From the NCBI GenBank assembly GCA_019695175.1, contig JAIBAM010000003.1, positions 35,033-99,032 on the forward strand: a stretch of 64,000 nt of DNA, given 5' to 3'. How positions within the stretch are numbered: position 1 is the stretch's first letter; each line of letters starts with the position of its first letter. Source of the DNA: Bdellovibrionales bacterium (GTDB lineage: Bacteria > Bdellovibrionota > Bdellovibrionia > Bdellovibrionales > UBA1609). A model generated the notes under the pieces. It saw nothing but the letters and a program-made list of their open reading frames with translations. It had not been told where the DNA came from and did not search any database. The translations under genes and the position numbers were made by a program. This document shows positions 57,069 to 64,000 of the stretch, one piece after another.

Positions 57069-58466
57069 ATGTTTCTCTACCAAGCCGTTGTTGTTCCTTT
57101 AGGCTTAATGTTAGGTCTCATCATTTGTCTCTTTAATAAAAAATGGCGCCGAACTTTTCAATTGAGGTTGAAGCCAATCCCCTGGCCGAATTGGATTGGG
57201 CAGGCTCCAACCTTATGGATCCACTGTGCTTCAGGAGAATTCGAATACGCCAAGCCCCTTCTTAGAGAATGGAAAAAACTCCATCCCGACTGGAAAATTT
57301 GTGTCAGTTATTTTTCTCCCAGTTTTAAAGATGTCATTGAAAAAACCAAAGAAGTAGACCTAAGCTTTCCACTCCCTTTTGACTTACCCGGTCCAATGCA
57401 CTCTTTATTTAAAAAAATAAAACCTGAATGTGTCGCTATCAGTCGCACCGACCTATGGCCACAAATGCTTAATTGTTGCCAAAAAAATCAGGTTCCAGCC
57501 ATTCTATTTTCAGCAACCTGTTCCTTAAAAACGAGATGGATCCAGTATTTATCACCAATCCTGCGCTGGAGATACCAGGGCCTGACGCAAATTTATTGTG
57601 TCAGTGAGGAAGATCAAAAAAATTTAAAAAAAATAGGCCTAAAATGTCCTATAAAAACTCTGGGGGACACTCGCTATGATCAAGTGATCCACCGTCTTTC
57701 TTTAAATCGCCGGGTAAAATCACCCCCATCCCTTGATTCGGAAAATAGCCTTACTCTTGTGGCTGGATCTACCTGGCCTGAAGACGAAAATGTCGTGATA
57801 CCTTCATGCGCCCCTTTTATAAAACAAAATAAATTGAGATTGATTGTTGTACCCCATGAGCCCACCCCCAACCACTTAAGCGATCTGAAAAAACTATGTA
57901 AACAAAATCAATTAGAATGGCAGCTTTATTCCCAAATGGATTCCAACTTAACCACAAAACAAAAACCAGATTTAGATTTAGGGGAACAACCGATTGCAAA
58001 ACAAGCCAAAGTCATTCTGGTCGATCAAGTAGGTCTCCTTGCGGAAGCTTACAAATGGGGACAAATCGCATTTGTTGGGGGTAGCTTTAAAAAAAGTGTC
58101 CACAGCGTTATGGAGCCCCTCGCGGCCGGAAAAATTACTTTTGTAGGACCCTATCATCATAACAATCGCGAAGCTTTGGAATTTAAAACAAAAAGACTCA
58201 TTCTAATTATGGAAACAAAAACAACTACTGAAAAAGAAATGTCCACACAAATGACAGCTCAATTAAATCTCGTGCAACCTAAAATGACTATGGTACAGGA
58301 GATTGATGACAAAAATTCTTTAGAACATTTTTTATCCCAAATTCTCGATCACACACAAAATTTCTCTCAATGGGAAACACAAATTTTAAAAGAAGTACTC
58401 CCGCGTCAGGGTGCGACCTCAAGAATAATTCATGAGATGAAACAGGACTTCAACAAACAAACCTAG
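57069..58466 (+). CDS. waaA: 3-deoxy-D-manno-octulosonic acid (Kdo) transferase
   Basis: N-terminal anchor MFLYQAVVVPLGLMLGLIICLF. LWIHCASGEFEYAKPLLREW is the HxxSxGE motif of the Glycos_transf_N domain. ..VGGSF..HSVMEPLAAG. An extra Thr/Met-rich segment lies near the C-terminus. Confidence 0.8.
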   Translation: MFLYQAVVVPLGLMLGLIICLFNKKWRRTFQLRLKPIPWPNWIGQAPTLWIHCASGEFEYAKPLLREWKKLHPDWKICVSYFSPSFKDVIEKTKEVDLSFPLPFDLPGPMHSLFKKIKPECVAISRTDLWPQMLNCCQKNQVPAILFSATCSLKTRWIQYLSPILRWRYQGLTQIYCVSEEDQKNLKKIGLKCPIKTLGDTRYDQVIHRLSLNRRVKSPPSLDSENSLTLVAGSTWPEDENVVIPSCAPFIKQNKLRLIVVPHEPTPNHLSDLKKLCKQNQLEWQLYSQMDSNLTTKQKPDLDLGEQPIAKQAKVILVDQVGLLAEAYKWGQIAFVGGSFKKSVHSVMEPLAAGKITFVGPYHHNNREALEFKTKRLILIMETKTTTEKEMSTQMTAQLNLVQPKMTMVQEIDDKNSLEHFLSQILDHTQNFSQWETQILKEVLPRQGATSRIIHEMKQDFNKQT

Positions 58467-58534
58467 TACATGATTGAAAAACACTTTTCTTAAGTACTGC
58501 TTAAAAAGTCGCCCGTATTTTTTACTCTTAAATC

Positions 58535-61500
58535 TTACCTTCTAATCTCTGTACTCACTTTGGCTGGATAATTTTGTAATGGATCCTGCTCCTGTGGATA
58601 GGTATAAATTCCGTGAAAAGAAGGCATGAATCTCTTGTAAGCTTCTATCATATGGGTTAGGGCTTCCTCCCCACTAAAGACTGGTGTTGCAGGAAAATTA
58701 AAGAAAAGAGAAAATACATTTTCATCAGTAACTCTTTTGCCTGGAAATCCTGACATAAAGCTGTAAAAATCTTTATTACTTCTCATGGAAACCAGCCAAG
58801 GATTATTTTTTAGGTTTTGAGGATCGGTCATCCCACCATCAACAAAGGTTTGGTTAAAATAAAAATAGTTTTCATCTACAAAAAGAGGGTTCTCTTCAAT
58901 CTGTCCTTTACACAAAAAGAGACCAGGAATAGATTCCTTCTCATTCATTAAGGGTCTTTTACCTGTTTTTTCCACTTTAAACCAACTATCACTATCACCA
59001 TCGGATAAACCAATAACCTCAAGATCGAGACGGCGAATGGGACGTAAGCTAATGAGAGCGCATCGCTCATATTTGGTCATTTGCAATCTGAAGGATGCCA
59101 TATCCATAGCCAAATGAACTGCTGTAGATGCACCCGCATTAAAACCGGAAGATTGACTAGAATCTCGCCCTGATCTTGTAGTAAGACTAAATATACCAGA
59201 GAGCCATTTCGTAGCTTTTGCAGCAGCAGTGTCAGGAGAAGCTAAAGAAGTTACACTTGAACCGGCATCAAATAAACCCACAGAAAAACTTGTTCCCACC
59301 GAAGCACTTTCACTTTGCGAAAAAGAGTCTGACACCGTCACTGAAACATTTAACGGACGTCCCCCCAAATATTCAAATTTTGGCGAAACCTCAAAAACTC
59401 TTATTTTTTTCTCAACTCTAAAGATAGATTCATCTGTAATCTGCATTTTATCAACCCATCTCCCCAAAAAATTCCTATTAGCTACTTCGTGGCCACCACC
59501 TGAACGCATACATCTTGTCAAAAACAAGTTCCTGTTCTTAGAAAAAGATGAAAAGTAACTACACAAATGTTTATACCAAAGGACAGAAACTTGACCCTGC
59601 TCAAAAAGACCCTCCCAATCACTACTTTGTGGAATAGGCGCTAAAGTGTCTGAAAACAACTGGCTCCGTTCGATGGTATTTTTCCCCATCTGTTCACACT
59701 CTTGTGCACTTTCATGGGTATTAGCACTGTCCCCGTTGCAGTATTGGGAATTATAAGAAAAAAATTTATAATTAAAATAACTCAACATATTTGGTAAAGT
59801 GGCATAGTTATCCATATCTTTTTGATGGTTTTCTTTTATTTTCTTTTCGTCACTAATTAAGTCATCCAAGGTTTTATTAGCAAAACCTATATTTTCATCA
59901 CTTTGATTTAATCTAAGGTCGCCGACAATATTTGTTGGCGGAAGACCGTAGGAACTACTATTATAATCAGCATTCATGATTGCCAACTCTTTTTCTATCA
60001 TTCCTTCTCTCATTTTTAGTTGGTCACAATCTCTTACATGACTAATCACGCAGCGAATTTCCAAATTGTCCGTCGGACGCAGTCTGTCTGAATAAGAGTT
60101 AGATAAAAAAAGTATCGGACCAACAAATGCACGTTTTGGCAAACCCGAACTTTTATCAACCAGCAACTCGAGATTAACAATTGGCGCAATTTCGGTTTTC
60201 GTAAAATCATTTATAATCAAATTTTCAAACAGTTGATTCCTTTCCATATCAACGAGTTGAATTGGTTCAAGAATATGAGCCAATGCATCTCTACCTGCAT
60301 CCTTTATACTCAAAGGGGCAAGTGCATCACCACCACTCTTTCCAATTATAGTATTATCCAGGGCTTCGGTCAAAAATTTGGACATTCCTGGGGGACTTGT
60401 ACCATTCGGTTTTTTTACCTGTATTGATCGTTGCAAATCCGTAATTTTGACATTAACCGAAGATAGAACGTTTTCAATTTTTTCTTTTTCTGCTTTAAGA
60501 AGATTCAATTTATCTTTATCATTGGCTGCACTAATCACTTTCAAACTATTCTCGTAGAGAAAATTTGCCATGATCAATTTTTCTTCATCAATAGCCTCAA
60601 ATTGAACGAAGAAATGACAACGAGCCCGCATCAATCGTAGATCTCTGATAGTAAAAATGACATTGGCATTAATTTCGCCCGCATTCACTCTCACCAATCG
60701 TTCTACGGCAGTAATAAATGTTTTCTTATTTGCATCATTTGAATTTTCACTTAAAGTTGTTTTAAAAATATTCTCCACACTATGAGGAACAAAAGTGGAT
60801 GAATCCAAATAATCACGATAAATAGCAACTTTCATTAGGTAAATTCCATCGCGTAAAGGTTCTTTCTGAATTTTTCGACCATTTAAAAAGTCACTATAAC
60901 GTAAAACTTGTGGCTCCAAATTAAACAATACTTCTTTTTTTAAACTCAGATCCAAATACTTATCGATTTCATAATCAAAGTTCAAAGCCGTATATCTGTA
61001 CTCTGTGATAAACAAATTTGTACTTGGTTTTTGTTGTTTTCTCAGTTCATTGATAAATTCTTCGCTAAATTGCCTTTTATCCCATCCGAAAGTACGAAAT
61101 TGTGTATCCCAAGGATTGATGGCCAGCTCCAACTCTCCATCACCTCCCGCATTTTTTTGAAGTGTCGGGCTTCCTGAACGTGGTGACACCCGAATAATAA
61201 ACTTTCTAAAATGATAAACAGTAGGAGTATAGTATTTATGTGTTTCCGAAGAGTTAAAAACAAGACACCCTTCATCTGTAGTAAAATGTGGTTTGAATGA
61301 ACCATCCGGTTGCAGTGCTAACATTTCTGCACCTGTTTCATCTAAAACATGGACTTCACGAAGCCTAGCTCTTTCGTTAGTCAATGTTTCACGAATACAA
61401 GTGGTCACGGAGTACTTCACTGTGCGCACCGTGGCCGTTTCACCAGGCTTAATTCCAGTAAATTTTACATCGGCGATTTCAAAAATAAAGGGTTTCATCT

Positions 61501-62701
61501 CAGTGGATCTACGAGAATTTTTATAATCATTAAAGTTCAAGGTTGAAGCCAAGTACTTTTCATAGTCAAAGTTGACCCCAAACTCTTTAACCGCCCGAGG
61601 TTGACCTGTTTTCAACAGAGAGTTCACATCGCCTAAAGTATACACTCTAGAAAATGGTTCCAACTCCGGTCCATTTTTTAAATTGAAAGGTTCCACCTTG
61701 AGCGCAATTTCTAAATTACCTGTAGTGACTTTTGAGGTGATACCAACGTGGGTGCTTACTTCAATATGATAATCATTACCAATGATTTTTCCCACGCCAG
61801 GGAGGGATCGTGGCGTCAGGAGGAGTCGATCTTCACCTGACTCTCCTCTAGGAGTAGCAGCAACTAATTGAGAATTGACTAGGAAATCACCCTTTTCAAT
61901 TTTCATATAGTAGGGATTTCCTCTAAAATCCTGGACCTCAACTTTCACACTCATTTCCATGGCAATTTCTAACAACATCCCAACGGCTTTATCATCAAAA
62001 TCTTCGCGCATCTTTGGGGGAGGGCCCCCTTCAACTTGTTTCGTGCGAATGTATTCATCATTATATTGGCGAAATAAAATCACGGGTTTAAAGTCACCAA
62101 CCCATAATTTTGGTTTTGCTCCTCCGTATTTCCCACTTAAAACAGTGTCACGATCCACATCTAAAACTTTAAAGCTGGGATCAATTTTGCGAGTTTTTTC
62201 AAAAATCACCGGTTCCAAATTATCGTCTCGCTCACGAGCCCACGGGTTGATGAAAAGTGGAACTTCTACAACACCAGGATTCACACCCACACCATGAATT
62301 TTTCGAATAATTTTAACGTAAGCGGGGATCACTGCATAATAATTGTAAGGCCAAGTCTCTTGCCATAAAATGCAACCCTGATCGTTGGATCTGATGATGT
62401 CTGTTTTTCGCGACTCCTCAGGAATCTCTACCTGAAAGTCCTTGTGTAAAATTTCTTTGTCGAGATAAAGATCTTTCAAACATGCGGTAAAATTAATCGT
62501 TCTATGGCGGGGTATATTCCATGCCAATTTCTGGTTACCTCGAGAGTGTTGGGCCTCACCCTTGACATCGAGAACTCGAAAACTCGTTGGTGCTTCTACT
62601 TCACTTTTTCGAGCTTTCCAACAACCACTAAGAGTGACCGCACCTATAAATAGAAAAATAAATTTCACTCCCAAAAATAGTTTCAATTTAGAACGAAACA
62701 T
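58535..62701 (-). CDS. giant (1388 aa) lipoprotein, unknown function
   Basis: Signal peptide with lipobox FIGAVTLSG|C. An uninterrupted 4.2-kb ORF. No catalytic motif is recognisable by eye. The start overlaps the upstream barrel gene by 14 nt. Confidence 0.7.
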   Translation of the reverse strand: MFRSKLKLFLGVKFIFLFIGAVTLSGCWKARKSEVEAPTSFRVLDVKGEAQHSRGNQKLAWNIPRHRTINFTACLKDLYLDKEILHKDFQVEIPEESRKTDIIRSNDQGCILWQETWPYNYYAVIPAYVKIIRKIHGVGVNPGVVEVPLFINPWARERDDNLEPVIFEKTRKIDPSFKVLDVDRDTVLSGKYGGAKPKLWVGDFKPVILFRQYNDEYIRTKQVEGGPPPKMREDFDDKAVGMLLEIAMEMSVKVEVQDFRGNPYYMKIEKGDFLVNSQLVAATPRGESGEDRLLLTPRSLPGVGKIIGNDYHIEVSTHVGITSKVTTGNLEIALKVEPFNLKNGPELEPFSRVYTLGDVNSLLKTGQPRAVKEFGVNFDYEKYLASTLNFNDYKNSRRSTEMKPFIFEIADVKFTGIKPGETATVRTVKYSVTTCIRETLTNERARLREVHVLDETGAEMLALQPDGSFKPHFTTDEGCLVFNSSETHKYYTPTVYHFRKFIIRVSPRSGSPTLQKNAGGDGELELAINPWDTQFRTFGWDKRQFSEEFINELRKQQKPSTNLFITEYRYTALNFDYEIDKYLDLSLKKEVLFNLEPQVLRYSDFLNGRKIQKEPLRDGIYLMKVAIYRDYLDSSTFVPHSVENIFKTTLSENSNDANKKTFITAVERLVRVNAGEINANVIFTIRDLRLMRARCHFFVQFEAIDEEKLIMANFLYENSLKVISAANDKDKLNLLKAEKEKIENVLSSVNVKITDLQRSIQVKKPNGTSPPGMSKFLTEALDNTIIGKSGGDALAPLSIKDAGRDALAHILEPIQLVDMERNQLFENLIINDFTKTEIAPIVNLELLVDKSSGLPKRAFVGPILFLSNSYSDRLRPTDNLEIRCVISHVRDCDQLKMREGMIEKELAIMNADYNSSSYGLPPTNIVGDLRLNQSDENIGFANKTLDDLISDEKKIKENHQKDMDNYATLPNMLSYFNYKFFSYNSQYCNGDSANTHESAQECEQMGKNTIERSQLFSDTLAPIPQSSDWEGLFEQGQVSVLWYKHLCSYFSSFSKNRNLFLTRCMRSGGGHEVANRNFLGRWVDKMQITDESIFRVEKKIRVFEVSPKFEYLGGRPLNVSVTVSDSFSQSESASVGTSFSVGLFDAGSSVTSLASPDTAAAKATKWLSGIFSLTTRSGRDSSQSSGFNAGASTAVHLAMDMASFRLQMTKYERCALISLRPIRRLDLEVIGLSDGDSDSWFKVEKTGKRPLMNEKESIPGLFLCKGQIEENPLFVDENYFYFNQTFVDGGMTDPQNLKNNPWLVSMRSNKDFYSFMSGFPGKRVTDENVFSLFFNFPATPVFSGEEALTHMIEAYKRFMPSFHGIYTYPQEQDPLQNYPAKVSTEIRR

Positions 62702-63902
62702 GGTTGGTCTCCACCCCTATATAGAAAATTTCTCGATCAAACTGGTAACGATTTATATTAAGAACCTGTGAAGAAACATATTCAAATTGTGTTTTAAAGC
62801 CATACCTACGAAATTCTAAATCCATTCTGGCCATGTAACCTTGTCGATTCACATTACCCACTTCCCATCGAGTGTAATAGCCAGGAGTTAGGTAGGGTTC
62901 TACAAAAAAAGTCCGTAAGGCAGGACGAATTACAACTTGATTTGGTAACTCAAAATCCACAGAGAGTCCTAAATCTTGACCACGATTCAATCCCGAGGGT
63001 GCCGCATAGTTTTCCAACCACTGACTTCCAAATGTGATGGGAAACTTTAATAAACATAAGCATACCTTGGTTCCAAAAACCAAACCATCAAACCCATAAC
63101 GAAACCTGGAGTTCGGCATATCATCACCATCAATCATATTCCCAACATACTGACTTTTATAAGCTACTATGGCGGGTAAATTATTAAACTTAAAATGAGT
63201 TATCCAAAACTCAGGTTTTACCGAAGATGCTAAACCCGTTTTCAAAGAAACCGTTTCTGTGAGAAAAGTAGGTAGAGGTTCTTGCTCTGCTCGATTGGGA
63301 TTTAAGCTAGTTGAAGTAGGCACAGTTTGTTGCGCATAAAGAGACAATTGGGAATTCATAATATTCCACACGAAAATCTCTTTAACCCCAGGGAATGATT
63401 TTTTATCCGATATCAATAATTGGGACTGGAGAAACTTTTGTTGAATGACTCCAATTTGCAAAGCATAGTTATCACTATTTCCAACTTCTAATACACCTTC
63501 ACGAATACGAAGTCCTGTCTCCACATACTCGTCTTCCACCCTTGTTTGTGTTCTTCCAGAGGTGAAAGCCAATTCCCCATCAAAAGAGAGTTTGGCCCAT
63601 GGGGATAATTCATAAACAAATTTTGTTCCTAATTTAAATTTATTTCTTACTCCATCATCCACACCTTCCGAAAAACCTTGTAGCGATGATCCCATCCACC
63701 ACTCACCGGACCAACGCCTTAGTTTAGCTTCTTCGGGTAAACCCGCCATGCTGTAATTGGATGACATTTGTTGTGCTGAGACCGAAGAACTTGTGGATTC
63801 TGAAAAAGTGGATTCATCTGCAAACGACAAAGAAAATTGGGCGGTAAACCCCAAAAAAATAAAAACCAAGACTAGAGTAAGGATCGATTTTTGACTTAGC
63901 AT
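62688..63902 (-). CDS. outer-membrane beta-barrel protein, unknown family
   Basis: Signal peptide LVLVFIFLGFTAQFSLSFA. Alternating-pattern strands throughout. C-terminus YIGVETNHVSF (terminal Phe). Confidence 0.6.
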   Translation of the reverse strand: MLSQKSILTLVLVFIFLGFTAQFSLSFADESTFSESTSSSVSAQQMSSNYSMAGLPEEAKLRRWSGEWWMGSSLQGFSEGVDDGVRNKFKLGTKFVYELSPWAKLSFDGELAFTSGRTQTRVEDEYVETGLRIREGVLEVGNSDNYALQIGVIQQKFLQSQLLISDKKSFPGVKEIFVWNIMNSQLSLYAQQTVPTSTSLNPNRAEQEPLPTFLTETVSLKTGLASSVKPEFWITHFKFNNLPAIVAYKSQYVGNMIDGDDMPNSRFRYGFDGLVFGTKVCLCLLKFPITFGSQWLENYAAPSGLNRGQDLGLSVDFELPNQVVIRPALRTFFVEPYLTPGYYTRWEVGNVNRQGYMARMDLEFRRYGFKTQFEYVSSQVLNINRYQFDREIFYIGVETNHVSF

Positions 63903-64000
63903 TAAATTAAATTCTCAATAAACCCATTTTTTAAAAGATTAGAGTTCTAACTACCTGCAATCCCTAGACTACGACTCACCCGGACACATTCACTTATTCA

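Overview
This is an AT-rich Gram-negative chromosomal segment with about 60 supportable genes. I found no rRNA, tRNA or CRISPR. The gene content suggests a Bdellovibrio-like or Oligoflexia-type lineage: a type II secretion system (T2SS) that includes GspN, a mevalonate pathway, many secreted hydrolases and lipoproteins, and SSB ending in EEIPF. That placement is inference only.

Main content:
- **T2SS in two blocks.** gspK-L-M-N lies at 5.6-10.3 kb. gspC-D-E-F-G-H-I-J lies at 39.2-48.2 kb and is followed by a decayed IS982-family element.
- **Housekeeping genes.** These are fadD (5' truncated), ssb, fabH, queD, hsp20, serS, waaA, and a thiolase with 3-oxoacid CoA-transferase A and B subunits.
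- **Isoprenoid operon.** A seven-gene, tightly packed minus-strand unit reads rpmI-rplT-fni-HMG-CoA reductase-phosphomevalonate kinase-diphosphomevalonate decarboxylase-mevalonate kinase.
- **Decayed island, about 23.5-31.6 kb.** It holds an integrase pseudogene, five perfect 21-bp repeats, a DUF1778/GNAT (TacA/TacT-like) toxin-antitoxin pair, and an AT-rich set of secreted and lipoprotein genes. Those include a lytic transglycosylase (SLT domain) and a von Willebrand A (vWA) lipoprotein with thrombospondin-type calcium repeats.
- **Signalling and secreted enzymes.** There is a membrane class III nucleotidyl cyclase with HEAT-like repeats and a cNMP-binding protein. There are also two large secreted proteases with G+C-rich Pro/Ala/Gly linkers and an S1/P1 nuclease.
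- **An uncharacterised pair.** A 404-aa outer-membrane barrel overlaps a 1388-aa lipoprotein at 58.5-63.9 kb.

The most unusual signals are:
- the permuted T2SS with an IS at the break;
- a gspK start that only makes sense through a -1 shift on an A AAA AAA tract;
- recurrent 14-36 bp tandem duplications that straddle stop codons, start codons or coding sequence, one of which inactivates the integrase;
- the barrel plus giant-lipoprotein pair.

All functional calls rest on motif recognition by eye. No database search was run.
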